From contig JBMNLZ010000001.1 in NCBI GenBank assembly GCA_050953065.1, positions 64,001 through 128,000 on the forward strand: a stretch of 64,000 nucleotides of DNA, read 5' to 3'. The DNA comes from Bacilli bacterium. GTDB lineage: Bacteria; Bacillota_I; Bacilli_A; ML615J-28; CAG-698. Positions 19,301 through 28,993 of this stretch are shown here, one piece after another. Made by a program: the position numbers and the translations under genes. The notes under the pieces were generated by a model, which ran no database searches, was not told the DNA's origin, and was given only the letters and a program-made list of their open reading frames with translations. Every line of letters starts with the position of its first letter. The first letter of the stretch is position 1.

Positions 19301-21191
19301 AATTGTGTTTTCTCCTAAAACTGGATTTGTTTCTAATAGTGATACAGCATTAATTTTTACAAAAGTACAAGTTACTGAATCAGGTTCTAGTACTCCTCGA
19401 AACTTTGAATTACCAAGTTATGAGAAAAAAGTAGATTATAAATATAGAGTTAGTTATGCAACATCAACTGTTGGTAGACCGATTACTTTTACAGTTACGG
19501 ATGAAGCTCTTAATCCTACTGCAGGTGCTACACTTACTGTTTCAGGTATTTCAGGTGTTACGATAAGCGGAACAACTAATGCTAATGGTAATTTAACAAC
19601 GGATGCTTTTAAAAATTTAGCTGTTGGAACTACATTCCAAGTAACGGCTAGTTTTGAAGGATTGAGTAGCGAGCCAAAAACAATTAAAATTTTTGCAAGT
19701 TTAGAATCTGCTACTCCAAGTGGAGTTGCGATTTCTCCAGGATTAGATGCTTCTAAGAGTGTTGTAATTACTTGGAGAACTAATTTAACAACTACTGAAA
19801 GTGTTGTTAAATATAAAAAAGCAGGAGATGCTGATTGGATAACTGTTTCTACTGGTGAAACTAGTGATATAGTTGTAGTTAATGGCACAGTTGATATTCA
19901 AGAATATTTGGCACATAAAGTTGTGTTAAATAACCTAAGTCCAAATACAAGTTATACTTATGTTGTTGGTGATGGTGGAGATAATCAAAGTCCTGAAAAA
20001 ACTTTTAAAACTGCTAAAGATACTACAGGAACAAAATTAGTATTTATATCTGATCCACAAGCATCTAATGCGAGTGCTTATGCTTATACTAAAACACTTT
20101 TAGATACTGCGTTTACAAATAATGCAGATATTCAAGCTATTTTAGTAGGTGGTGATATAGTAGATGATGGTAACTTCTATAATCAATGGCAAGCATTACA
20201 TAGTACATTAGGCGAACGTATTAATACTAACATATTAGCAACTGCTTCAGGAAATCACGATGTAATTAGAGGTTATGGTGAACCATTAAATTGGACTTTC
20301 CCAGGTACAAATAATGGTGTTGATGGAACTTTGGGTCTAAATTATTTCTTTGAAATTGGTGATATTGCAATTGCTGTAGTAGACACTGAATCTCCAGCAA
20401 CTCTTCAAGCTCAAGGAGATTGGCTAAAGGATAAGTTTGCTAATACAACAAAAACTTTCAAATTTGTTTTAATGCATAGAAGCTGTTATCCGACTTTCTA
20501 TGATGAGCCTGCGATTAGAAACGGATGGTATCCAATTTTTGATGATGCTAAAGTTGATTTAGTTTTATCTGGTCATGATCATGTATACAATAGAACTGCT
20601 ATGAAACAAAACAATAAAGTAGCTGTTGGTGTTGGACCTACATATGTTGTTGGTGGAAGTGCTGGAAATAAATATTATGCAGTATCAAATCCAGAGCTTA
20701 AACCTTGGCTTGATGTAATTTATGATGATGATAATAATGTATATTCAATCATTGAAACAAACGGTCAGGTTTTAACATTTAAAGCCTTCGCATTGGTTGA
20801 TGGTATAGCTACACAAGTAGATAGTTTCACAATTGATAAGAGTATTGCATATATTGACAGTGTCACAATTTCTGGTACATCAAAAATTGTTGCTGGTGAA
20901 TCTAAAACTTATACAGCTGTAGTTAAAGATAATTTAAATCAAACAATGTCTGGTAAAACAGTTACTTGGAGTTTAGTTAATGCTGTTGAAGGTGTATCGA
21001 TTAATCCAACTACTGGTGTTCTTACTGTTTCTGGCGATGTTAGTTCTGATGCTACAATTGTAGTGAAAGCTGAATGTGAAGGAATATTTGCAACATTTGA
21101 TGTAACTGTTCAAACTTTAATTAAGCCTGTAGATGTTATGGCTATTATTACTGATAATGCAAAAACTAAATTTAATGATATTATTAAATAG
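16386..21191 (+). CDS. Large secreted multidomain protein: NAGPA-family phosphodiester glycosidase, Ig-like repeats, carbohydrate-binding-like module, purple-acid-phosphatase-type metallophosphoesterase
   Basis: Signal peptide (...VNAA); NGDF/HPRT/DGRQ/NLDGGGSS/NSPSDG; metallophosphoesterase motifs SDPQ, GDIVD, GNHD, MH, GHDH; exact start uncertain (16377/16386/16392). Confidence 0.8.
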   Translation: MKMTLRRKFRIMLGVMQSIIFIWLIAFALPIVVDVNAASAVGLGDIGFTETRSIEPNVEMSFYMGVNNIGEQKAHTVTFAKGALTPVASYGNYLRGGETVQQIATIEKATRGGTVVTGINGDFYDTSNHIPNGCMIIDGKLVVSNVSGWPAFGFKPDGSVVFGNPQFNMSMKVDGNNITINHLNRDRKVSTSGIYMYTNAYSSTVSSSAPTPGTEVVLTTDATDLFKINQTITATVEAVYTNTNNTAIGAGKIVIGTPNANAAALSGLTVGKTITITVSEPANIFSQVDQAMGYNVHIVKNGALTDVISNQDVHPRTALGVKANGEVVLFQVDGRQPNWSLGVTYKQIGEHLMSLGCVEVINLDGGGSSSIIAKLPGDTITTHLNSPSDGVERANSNGIVFFSKLAATGTTALLHAYPKKLVVLEGATKQIDLKATDANYYPSTMPSNINYTTSSGIGTISSSGLFTASTGSSTGTINITSGSITETVDVTVIDTIDQMIVDKTQISIAPGATSKPIVSAFSQGMQVDCSNSSFQWTLSSPDLGTITPDGLFTGTSGSATGTITVSYKTFSLEIPVEVGKAPAMINTFEDFTISTSTFIDNGSGTATWIQRIENPQNGGTGSFSVNEDERYVKFGYKSLRADYDFRNATATTAITIGGGASISQYVNINNYPKVSGGASNYPTAIGMWVYGDNGGADVRMQLRDGNGAVQYISYNVVNWTGWKYVEAPIPTGLPTPLYIQYAIRVMSVSGKCKSAGTLFFDNIRVVYGFKNDDITSPVFGDPVPADGSIIDDDHETVKVNVSDPKTGIYTGIRKESIKMWLNGNLIENVILLDKPDGSIDVTFTPNVYTAFKAGPQFVKVRVEDNYGNISFKSWNFTMEGDYAGVTAVAPTKPVVYAGETLTYQIDYITYDSFAKFDTILTYNGDALKVDSIVLADSRLNVERSDSANTLGLVITGMDAFANSAPESKTLVQIVFSPKTGFVSNSDTALIFTKVQVTESGSSTPRNFELPSYEKKVDYKYRVSYATSTVGRPITFTVTDEALNPTAGATLTVSGISGVTISGTTNANGNLTTDAFKNLAVGTTFQVTASFEGLSSEPKTIKIFASLESATPSGVAISPGLDASKSVVITWRTNLTTTESVVKYKKAGDADWITVSTGETSDIVVVNGTVDIQEYLAHKVVLNNLSPNTSYTYVVGDGGDNQSPEKTFKTAKDTTGTKLVFISDPQASNASAYAYTKTLLDTAFTNNADIQAILVGGDIVDDGNFYNQWQALHSTLGERINTNILATASGNHDVIRGYGEPLNWTFPGTNNGVDGTLGLNYFFEIGDIAIAVVDTESPATLQAQGDWLKDKFANTTKTFKFVLMHRSCYPTFYDEPAIRNGWYPIFDDAKVDLVLSGHDHVYNRTAMKQNNKVAVGVGPTYVVGGSAGNKYYAVSNPELKPWLDVIYDDDNNVYSIIETNGQVLTFKAFALVDGIATQVDSFTIDKSIAYIDSVTISGTSKIVAGESKTYTAVVKDNLNQTMSGKTVTWSLVNAVEGVSINPTTGVLTVSGDVSSDATIVVKAECEGIFATFDVTVQTLIKPVDVMAIITDNAKTKFNDIIK

Positions 21192-21201
21192 GTTTTAATA
21201 G

Positions 21202-21237
21202 AAGAAGTCAAACTTTTCGGTTTGACTTCTTTTTTTT
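21202..21237 (+). terminator. Intrinsic terminator
   Basis: AAGAAGTCAAAC / GTTTGACTTCTT followed by a long T tract. Confidence 0.9.
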
Positions 21238-21287
21238 ATTCTTTTAATTAATGTAAAAAAGTGTTATAATACATTAATGGTGGGAAA

Positions 21288-22142
21288 ATGGATGGAATAT
21301 TAATTGTCAATAAGGATAAAGGGATAACTTCTTTTGATGTTATAAGATTCTTAAGAAAAAAATTTAATATAAAAAAAATAGGTCATGCTGGGACTCTTGA
21401 TCCTTTAGCAACAGGAGTTTTAGTAGTATTAATTGGATCAGCTACTAAGTTATCAGACTATGTTATGAGTGAAAAGAAAACATATGAAGCAACTATTTCT
21501 ATTGGTGAGGCATATGATACTGAAGACTCAACTGGAAAATTAATAGAAAAAGTTTTAATAAATGAACCTTTGGAGGTTGATTCTACATTAGAAAAAATTT
21601 TAAATTTAGAATATCAAACTCCACCAATGTATAGTGCTTTAAAAGTAGATGGAAAAAAATTATATGAATTAGCAAGAAAAAACCTTGAAATTGAAAGAAA
21701 TGTAAGAAAAATTGAAATTTTTGATATAAAAAGAACATCTGATGTTTTATATTATGATAATATGATAGAATTTAAATATAAGGTTACTGTTTCTAAAGGC
21801 ACTTATATTCGTTCATTATGTGTAGAAATTGGAAAAATTTTAGGCTATCCCGCTCATATGAAAGAATTAAATAGAATTGAAAGTGGAAAATTTAATATAA
21901 AAGATTCGTATACGCTTAAAGATATTGAAAATGGAGAATATAAAATTTTACCGAATATTTCTATCTTTGATAAAGAATTAATATGTGAAATTGATGAGAA
22001 CACATACCAAAAAGTAACCAATGGAGTTCCGATTATTAAACAAGATAAAAGAGAGATTATAGTATTTACTTACAAACATAATTTAATAGGAATATATAAA
22101 AAAGAAAAAGGAGTATATAAGGCTGAACGCGTATGGAATTAA
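21288..22142 (+). CDS. truB: tRNA pseudouridine(55) synthase
   Basis: GHAGTLDP, PPMYSALK, SKGTYIRS. Confidence 0.95.
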   Translation: MDGILIVNKDKGITSFDVIRFLRKKFNIKKIGHAGTLDPLATGVLVVLIGSATKLSDYVMSEKKTYEATISIGEAYDTEDSTGKLIEKVLINEPLEVDSTLEKILNLEYQTPPMYSALKVDGKKLYELARKNLEIERNVRKIEIFDIKRTSDVLYYDNMIEFKYKVTVSKGTYIRSLCVEIGKILGYPAHMKELNRIESGKFNIKDSYTLKDIENGEYKILPNISIFDKELICEIDENTYQKVTNGVPIIKQDKREIIVFTYKHNLIGIYKKEKGVYKAERVWN

Positions 22143-23047
22143 TTTATGTAGATTATAAAGGCTTAAAATTTGATAAAAAGATTGTTTTAGCCGCTGGACA
22201 ATTTGATGGGCTACACAAAGCGCATATAAAGCTTATTAAAAAAACAATCGAAGTTGCAAAAAAAAATAATTGTAGTAGTGCGTTAATGACTTTTGATCCT
22301 CATCCTGATTATTTTTTAAATAAAAGAGAAAGGCTTGGCTATATAACACCACTTGATAGAAAAATAACTTTGCTAGAATCTTTTGGGATAGACTATTTAA
22401 TAATTATTAAATTTGATGAACATTTAGCTAATATGAATTATATAGATTTTGAAGAAGAAATCTTAGACAAATTTAATATTATTCAAATAGTTGCTGGTTT
22501 TGATTTTAGGTATGGATATAAAGGTCTTGGAAATACTGAAACCTTAAAAGAACATTATAATGTTTATGTTGTAGATGAAATTAAATATAAAGGTGTAAAA
22601 CTAGGTTCTGATTTAATTCGAAATTTTCTTGAAAAAGGTGATGTTAAAGAAGTCTATAAATTACTTGGAAGATATTATAGTATTAAAGGATTTGTTGAAA
22701 AAGGCAATAGAATAGGCCAAACATTAGGTGTTAGGACTGCTAATATTACTTTAAAAGATGATTATTATATATTAAAACCAGGTGTGTATGGCGTATATAT
22801 TGAAATTGATAAAAGTGAATTTGCAGGAGTTTGTAACATCGGAAACAACCCTACACTTAATTATTCAAAGCGAAGGAAATTGGAAGTTCATATTTTTGAC
22901 TTTGATCAAGATATATATAATGTGGAAATAACGGTAAAATTCGTTTATTATCTTAGAGAAGAAAAGAAGTTTGACTCTAAAGATGAATTAGTTTTTCAAG
23001 TTAATAAGGACATACAGGATGCTAAAAATAAGTTGGTGAGAAAATGA
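22133..23047 (+). CDS. ribF: Bifunctional riboflavin kinase/FAD synthetase
   Basis: FDGLHKAH, TFDPHP, RTAN, LEVHIFDF; truB-ribF synteny. Confidence 0.95.
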   Translation: MELIYVDYKGLKFDKKIVLAAGQFDGLHKAHIKLIKKTIEVAKKNNCSSALMTFDPHPDYFLNKRERLGYITPLDRKITLLESFGIDYLIIIKFDEHLANMNYIDFEEEILDKFNIIQIVAGFDFRYGYKGLGNTETLKEHYNVYVVDEIKYKGVKLGSDLIRNFLEKGDVKEVYKLLGRYYSIKGFVEKGNRIGQTLGVRTANITLKDDYYILKPGVYGVYIEIDKSEFAGVCNIGNNPTLNYSKRRKLEVHIFDFDQDIYNVEITVKFVYYLREEKKFDSKDELVFQVNKDIQDAKNKLVRK

Positions 23048-23727
23048 AAATTGCTATAATTGCAGCTATGGAAGAAGAAATAATAGAAATTTCTAATATT
23101 CTTATAGAAAAAAAAGAAATCAATATTAATAAATTTAAATTTATTTTGGGGAAATATAAAGAACACGATATTATTGTGGCTGTTTCTGGGATAGGTAAAG
23201 TTGCTGGAGGCATGCTTTTTTGTACTTTGATACAAAATTTTAAAGATATTAAAAAAGTTATTAATATAGGAGTAGCGGGTGGTATTTTTGGTAAAACTAG
23301 CGTCAATGATATAGTTGTAGCTGATAGAGTATGTTATCATGATGTTGATTTAACTGCTTTTTCAAAATATTCATATGGTGAATTGCCAGGCTATCCTAAA
23401 GAGTTTAAAACTGACTTTGAGATACTAGAAATTTTAGAAAAAGACAATTGCTTGATTGGTACAATTTCATCAGGAGATAAATTTATGATAGACAAAAATG
23501 AAGTGTTAGAAATTTCTAAAAAACTTAAAAATAGCAATATTTTTGCTTTTGATATGGAGTCTGCTGCTTTTGCTCAATGCGCTTTTTTTTATAAAATTCC
23601 TTTTACATCTATTAGAGCAATTAGTGATGTTATTGGTGAAACTGCAGTTTCTGCATTTGATTCAAATTTAAAAAAGACATCCAAGACAATTGCATTGTTA
23701 TTGTTGAAAGTATTAGAAAAAATTTGA
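23044..23727 (+). CDS. mtnN: 5'-methylthioadenosine/S-adenosylhomocysteine nucleosidase
   Basis: IIAAMEEE, SGIGKV, SGDKF, DMESAA, RAISD. Confidence 0.9.
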   Translation: MKIAIIAAMEEEIIEISNILIEKKEININKFKFILGKYKEHDIIVAVSGIGKVAGGMLFCTLIQNFKDIKKVINIGVAGGIFGKTSVNDIVVADRVCYHDVDLTAFSKYSYGELPGYPKEFKTDFEILEILEKDNCLIGTISSGDKFMIDKNEVLEISKKLKNSNIFAFDMESAAFAQCAFFYKIPFTSIRAISDVIGETAVSAFDSNLKKTSKTIALLLLKVLEKI

Positions 23728-23765
23728 ATTTTCTAGTTGTTATTTTGTTAAAATATGTTATAATA

Positions 23766-23830
23766 TACAAGACCTATATCTTTGATTAGAGATTCTCCAA
23801 CTCTTTTCTAGGATTTAGGCATAAATATAT
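23766..23830 (+). promoter_or_regulatory. rpsO (S15) autoregulatory leader, Firmicutes type
   Basis: Follows an extended -10 TGTTATAAT; CCTA-ATC/GAT-TAGG outer stem with inner AGAG/CTCT hairpin, upstream of rpsO. Confidence 0.6.
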
Positions 23831-23846
23831 TAAGGAGGATTTAATT

Positions 23847-24119
23847 ATGTCATGTATTTCAAAAGAACAAAAAGCAGAATTAATTAAAAAGTTTGGAAAA
23901 AATGAAAATGATTCAGGATCAGTTGAGGTTCAAATTGCAATTTTAACATACGAAATTAATCGTTTAAATGAACATTTAAAAGATCATTTGCATGATTTTC
24001 ATTCAAGAAGAGGTTTATTAGTTAAAGTAGGACATCGTCGTAATTTGTTAACATATTTACGTAAAAAAGATATTAACAGTTATCGTGATTTGATTTCAGC
24101 ATTAAATTTAAGAAAGTAA
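23847..24119 (+). CDS. rpsO: 30S ribosomal protein S15
   Basis: [23 protein letters not shown]. Confidence 0.98.
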   Translation: MSCISKEQKAELIKKFGKNENDSGSVEVQIAILTYEINRLNEHLKDHLHDFHSRRGLLVKVGHRRNLLTYLRKKDINSYRDLISALNLRK

Positions 24120-24179
24120 AAAAGACAAGGGTAGTTTATTACCCTTTTTAATAATGTAAATAATAGGAGTTGCAAAAAA

Positions 24180-26306
24180 ATGAATGAATTAAAAATATTC
24201 GAATATAATCAAAATGGTAGAAAAATAGTAGTTGAGATAGGAGAAGTAGCAAAACAAGCTAATGGATCTGTTTTAATTAGATATAATGATACTGCTGTTT
24301 TAACTGCTGCCGTTTTTGATAAAAAAGCTAGTACTGCAGATTTTTTTCCGTTAACAGTTATGTATCAAGAAAAGTTATACGCTGCAGGTAAAATTCCTGG
24401 TGGGTTTTTAAAAAGGGAAGGTCGACCAAGTGAATATGAAGTTTTAACATCACGTTTAATTGATAGACCAATCAGACCATTATTTGAAGAAGGGTTTAGA
24501 AATGAAGTTCAAGTTATTAATACTGTTTTAAGTGCAAACCCTGATTTTTCATCACAAATTACTGCAATGCTTGGCTCATCTATTGCTTTAACAATTTCAG
24601 AAATACCTTTTAAAGGGCCGATTGCGGGTGTTATAGTAGGTAGAGTTAATAATGAATTTATTATTAATCCTACAGTTGAAGAATTAGAAAAATCTGATAT
24701 TAATTTATTTGTTGCTGGAACAAAAGATGCTATTAATATGGTTGAAGCTGGTGCAAAAGAAGTTAGCGAAGAAGATATGTTAGCAGCTATAATGTTTGGT
24801 CATGAAGAAATTAAAAGATTAATTGATTTTCAATTAGAAATACAAAAAGTTGTTGGAAAAGAAAAATATCAAGTAGAACTTTATCAAATATCTGCTACTT
24901 TAGATAAAGAAGTTAGAAAAAAAGCTCAAAAAGATTTAATAAAAGCTGTAATTATTAAAGAAAAAACAGCTAGATATGAAGCCATTGATAGTATTAATGA
25001 AAAAATTATTGAAGAATATACTAAAATATTTAAAAATGATGAAGAAGCAGAAACTAAATTAAAGCAAGTTGCTGAAATTCTTGAAAATATTGTAAAAGAG
25101 GAAGTTCGTCGTTTAATTACTGAGGAAAAGATAAGACCAGATGGAAGACAAATAGATGAAATTAGACCGCTTAGTTCAAAAATTGACATTCTTGAAAGAA
25201 CTCATGGTTCTGCATTGTTCACTAGAGGACAAACTCAATGTTTAAGTATTGTTACTTTGGGTGCTTTGGGAGAATATCAAGTAATTGATGGGTTGGGCGT
25301 TGAAGAAGGCAAAAGATTTATGCTTCATTATAATTTCCCTGCTTTCAGTGTAGGTGAAATTGGTAGATATGGTTCTCCTGGCAGAAGAGAGATAGGTCAC
25401 GGAGCGCTTGGTGAAAGAGCAATTTTACAAGTTATACCATCTGAAGAAGAGTTTCCATATACTATTAGAATAGTAAGTGAAATTTTAGAATCGAATGGTT
25501 CTACTTCACAGGCATCAATTTGTGCTGGCACAATGGCTTTAATGGCAGCTGGTGTTCCTTTGAAGTCTCCTGTTGCAGGTATCGCAATGGGATTAATCAC
25601 AAAAGGTGATCATTACACTATCCTTTCAGATATTCAAGGTATGGAAGATCACTTAGGAGATATGGACTTTAAAGTAGCTGGAACAAAAGATGGTATTACT
25701 GCTTTACAAATGGATATTAAAATTGAAGGTTTGAGTGAAGAGATATTAAAAGAATCATTAGCTCAAGCTAAAAAAGGAAGATTGTTTATACTAGATCATA
25801 TGCTATCAACTATTCCTGAATGTAGAAAAGAAGTTAGCAAATATGCTCCAAAGGTTATTTCGTTTGAAATTAATCCTGATAGAATTAGAGATGTAATTGG
25901 ATCGGGTGGTAAGGTAATTACTGAAATAATTAATCAATGTAATAATGTTAAAATTGATATTGAGCAAGATGGAAAAGTCTTTATTATGCATAATGAATAC
26001 GAGTATGTATTAAAAGCTAAAGAAATGGTTGAAAATTTATCTAGAGAGGCTGTAATTGGTGAAATTTATACAGGTAAAGTAATAAGAATTGAAAAGTACG
26101 GTGCTTTTGTAGAACTTTGGCCAGGAACTGATGGTTTGGTTCATATTTCTCAAATAGATAAAAAACGAATTGATAAAGTTGAAGATGTTTTAGCTTTAAA
26201 TGATGAAATTGTCGTAAAAGTTATAGAAATTGATGATAAAGGAAAAATAAAATTATCTAGAAAAGATGCATTAAAAACAAACACAAAAGAAGATGAAAAA
26301 GCGTAG
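24180..26306 (+). CDS. pnp: Polyribonucleotide nucleotidyltransferase
   Basis: [31 protein letters not shown]; KH and S1 domains. Confidence 0.98.
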   Translation: MNELKIFEYNQNGRKIVVEIGEVAKQANGSVLIRYNDTAVLTAAVFDKKASTADFFPLTVMYQEKLYAAGKIPGGFLKREGRPSEYEVLTSRLIDRPIRPLFEEGFRNEVQVINTVLSANPDFSSQITAMLGSSIALTISEIPFKGPIAGVIVGRVNNEFIINPTVEELEKSDINLFVAGTKDAINMVEAGAKEVSEEDMLAAIMFGHEEIKRLIDFQLEIQKVVGKEKYQVELYQISATLDKEVRKKAQKDLIKAVIIKEKTARYEAIDSINEKIIEEYTKIFKNDEEAETKLKQVAEILENIVKEEVRRLITEEKIRPDGRQIDEIRPLSSKIDILERTHGSALFTRGQTQCLSIVTLGALGEYQVIDGLGVEEGKRFMLHYNFPAFSVGEIGRYGSPGRREIGHGALGERAILQVIPSEEEFPYTIRIVSEILESNGSTSQASICAGTMALMAAGVPLKSPVAGIAMGLITKGDHYTILSDIQGMEDHLGDMDFKVAGTKDGITALQMDIKIEGLSEEILKESLAQAKKGRLFILDHMLSTIPECRKEVSKYAPKVISFEINPDRIRDVIGSGGKVITEIINQCNNVKIDIEQDGKVFIMHNEYEYVLKAKEMVENLSREAVIGEIYTGKVIRIEKYGAFVELWPGTDGLVHISQIDKKRIDKVEDVLALNDEIVVKVIEIDDKGKIKLSRKDALKTNTKEDEKA

Positions 26307-26322
26307 ATAACTACGCTTTTTT
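26296..26322 (+). terminator. Intrinsic terminator overlapping the pnp stop
   Basis: AAAAAGCGTAG-ATAA-CTACGCTTTTTT. Confidence 0.8.
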
Positions 26323-26335
26323 GATAGAAGGGAAT

Positions 26336-27052
26336 ATGAAAAATTTTAAGTACGCATTCAAGCAAGTAATACCAGTGATGATTGGCTATCTGTTTTTAGG
26401 GGCGGGGTTTGGCATTTTATTAACTTCAAATGGTTATCATGTACTTTGGGCTGTTTTAATGAGTTTAATAATTTTTGCAGGATCTGGACAATATTTAGCA
26501 GTAGGGTTGTTTATCAGTGGTTTTGATATTCTAAATACAATAATATTGACTTTTTTGGTTAATGCTAGACATATATTCTATGGAATTTCTATGTTTGAAA
26601 AGTTTAAGGATATGGGATTTTATAAGCCGTATATGATTTTTGCATTAACTGATGAAACATATTCATTGCTTTGCACAGTGGAAGTTCCAAAAGAACTTGA
26701 TAGAAAAAAAGTATATTTTCATATTGCTTGGTTAAATCATTTCTATTGGATTTTAGGAGGTTTATTAGGCGCTGTTTTAGGTGAGGTTTTAACTATAAAT
26801 ACAGAAGGTCTAAGTTTTATAATGACAGCACTATTTGTTACTTTATTAACTGATCAATGGCTAAAATCTAAAAAAAGTATTCCTCTATTGATAGGAATAG
26901 TGGTTACATCTATTTGTTTGTTCATATTTAAATACGTTTTTGAGCAAACAAGTTTATTTTTAATTTTCTCAATGGTTATTATATTCATTTTGTTAACTGT
27001 ATTTAGAAAAAAGATAGAAGGTGGAGATAACTATGAATTTGAGCAATTATGA
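26336..27052 (+). CDS. azlC: AzlC-family branched-chain amino acid exporter subunit
   Basis: FAGSGQY, VNARHIFYG, LTDETYS; multiple TM segments. Confidence 0.9.
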   Translation: MKNFKYAFKQVIPVMIGYLFLGAGFGILLTSNGYHVLWAVLMSLIIFAGSGQYLAVGLFISGFDILNTIILTFLVNARHIFYGISMFEKFKDMGFYKPYMIFALTDETYSLLCTVEVPKELDRKKVYFHIAWLNHFYWILGGLLGAVLGEVLTINTEGLSFIMTALFVTLLTDQWLKSKKSIPLLIGIVVTSICLFIFKYVFEQTSLFLIFSMVIIFILLTVFRKKIEGGDNYEFEQL

Positions 27053-27365
27053 AATACTAATATTAATAATAATAATGGCAATAGTTACATTCTTTACTCG
27101 TCTATTTCCTTTTGTGTTTTTTAAAAAAGAGAAGCCGCTTTCGCCTTATGTTAAATATATAGGTGATTATCTTCCTTATTCAATGATTGCAATGTTAGTC
27201 GTTTATAGTTTAAAAGATGTTGCATTTTTTACTTATCCAAGTTTGATTCCAGAAATTATAGCTATTATATGTATAGTTTTATTACATATTTGGAAAAAAA
27301 ATTATTTAATTAGTATTGGAGTGGGGACGTTTATATATATGTTTTTAGTCCAAACTATTTTTTGA
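27033..27365 (+). CDS. azlD: AzlD-family exporter subunit
   Basis: TFFTRLFPF, YLPYSMIAMLVVY; overlaps azlC. Confidence 0.9.
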   Translation: MNLSNYEILILIIIMAIVTFFTRLFPFVFFKKEKPLSPYVKYIGDYLPYSMIAMLVVYSLKDVAFFTYPSLIPEIIAIICIVLLHIWKKNYLISIGVGTFIYMFLVQTIF

Positions 27366-27400
27366 TATTGTAAATTTAAAAGGAATATGATATTATAAAT

Positions 27401-27732
27401 GTGTATTCGGGTAATCGAGCGTTTAACGTTAGGAAAGTCCTTGCTAGCACAGCTGCGATGCTGTAGTGTTTATGCCTATATATAATTAATAAAATAGGAC
27501 ACTAAGAGATTAGTGATGGCGAAAAAGACCCTGTAAAATGGCTATTTTTCATAAAGTGCCACAGTGACGAACTTTTTGGAAACAAAAAGAGTGGAACGGG
27601 TAAACCCCATAAGCTAGAAACCCAAATTTGGTAGGGGAATTTTAAACAGAAAATGAACTAGTTTAAAACTACATTGTAGAGATAAATGATTACCACTTTT
27701 AATAAGTACAGAACAAGGCTTACAGAATACAA
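27401..27732 (+). ncRNA. rnpB: RNase P RNA, bacterial type B
   Basis: AGGAAAGTCC, AAAGTGCCACAGTGACG, GGAACGGGTAAACCCC, AGATAAATGATTACC, ACAGAACAAGGCTTA; P1 pairing TGTATTC/GAATACA; promoter upstream and terminator at 27737-27760. Confidence 0.95.
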
Positions 27733-27778
27733 ATCTTAAAAATCCCATTGGGATTTTTAATTTGTTTAAGGGGAAAAT

Positions 27779-28366
27779 ATGTTTAATGATAGTAAATATA
27801 TTGTTAGTATTACAAGTTTAAAAGATAGTCCAAATTCAAACAATTTGAACGAATATGTTTTTTTAGGAAGGTCAAATGTTGGAAAAAGTAGTTTTATCAA
27901 TGCGCTGACAAATAAAAAAATTCTTGCTAAAACTTCTTCAAAACCTGGGAAAACAAGGACAATAAATTATTTTTTAATTGATGATTCGTTTTATTTGGTT
28001 GACATGCCTGGATATGGATATGCCTCAACTAGTGCTACTCAAAGACTTGAATTTGGAAATATCATAGAAAGTTATCTTAAAAAAAGTAAAACATTAAAAG
28101 CTGCTTTTTTATTAATTGATTTTAAAGTAGGACCAACTAAGGATGATTTACTGATGTTTGAGTATTTAAAGTATCTAAATATGAATTTTATTATTATTTG
28201 TACGAAAATTGATAAAGTAGGAGTAACTTTAAGAAAAAAATATCTTAATAATATTTTAGAAAAACTGGGATTAAGTGAAGATTCTATAGTGTTAACATCT
28301 TCTATTAATAAGATAGGTATTGAAAAAGTGGTTGAGTTAATAAATAAATATAACTTAGGTGAATAA
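27779..28366 (+). CDS. engB: Ribosome biogenesis GTPase YsxC/EngB
   Basis: GRSNVGKSS, KPGKT, DMPGYG, TKID. Confidence 0.95.
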   Translation: MFNDSKYIVSITSLKDSPNSNNLNEYVFLGRSNVGKSSFINALTNKKILAKTSSKPGKTRTINYFLIDDSFYLVDMPGYGYASTSATQRLEFGNIIESYLKKSKTLKAAFLLIDFKVGPTKDDLLMFEYLKYLNMNFIIICTKIDKVGVTLRKKYLNNILEKLGLSEDSIVLTSSINKIGIEKVVELINKYNLGE

Positions 28367-28367
28367 A

Positions 28368-28904
28368 ATGAAGTATTTTGAAAAACAGGTTAAAAAGAAA
28401 TATGTTTTTATGGGAAAAGTGTTTAAAGCTAGAGATGATGAGGTTGCATTATGCAATCAAAAGACTGTTAATCGTGAAGTTATAGAACATCCAGGTGGAG
28501 CATGTGCAATTGTAGTAAATAAAAATGATGAAATTTTTCTAGTTAAACAATATAGATATGCTTTATCTGAAATGACTTTTGAAATTCCAGCTGGTAAATT
28601 AGAAAAGAATGAAAAACCTTTAGACTGTATCTTAAGAGAATTAATTGAAGAAGTAGGAGTGAAAGCAAAAACGATTAATTTTTTAGGTGAATACTATCCA
28701 TCGCCAGGAATATCAAATGAAAAAATCTATATTTTTTATACTGACGATTTTGAAACAACAAAAAATAATCTAGATGAAAATGAATTTTTAGATGTAGAAT
28801 TAATAAAAATTTCTGAAGTTATTGAAATGATTGATTCTGGGAAAATAAAAGATATGAAAACAGTGGTTGCTGTACTTAAATATATTACCCTAAAAAATAA
28901 ATAA
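28368..28904 (+). CDS. nudF: NUDIX hydrolase, ADP-ribose pyrophosphatase-like
   Basis: Nudix box PAGKLEKNEKPLDCILRELIEEVG; REVIEHPG; SPG. Confidence 0.8.
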   Translation: MKYFEKQVKKKYVFMGKVFKARDDEVALCNQKTVNREVIEHPGGACAIVVNKNDEIFLVKQYRYALSEMTFEIPAGKLEKNEKPLDCILRELIEEVGVKAKTINFLGEYYPSPGISNEKIYIFYTDDFETTKNNLDENEFLDVELIKISEVIEMIDSGKIKDMKTVVAVLKYITLKNK

Positions 28905-28993
28905 AACGTTTTTATTTGTTTTTATTATAAAAACACTTGTATTTATTATAGAAACAGTATATAATATTAACAATATAAATACGAGGTGGACTT

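Noticed and set aside
19454-19888. 144-aa antisense ORF, and similar ones at 9726, 22996, 43437, 52058 and 59042
   Set aside because: Shadow ORFs opposite well-supported genes; no SD and no recognisable motifs
16200-21290. Genomic island integrated at the rlmD 3' end, a known ICE hotspot
   Set aside because: No integrase and no duplicated rlmD 3' end is visible near 21200; expression signals look native
27380-27770. ORF-free GC-richer gap as a novel ncRNA
   Set aside because: Fully explained by type B RNase P RNA
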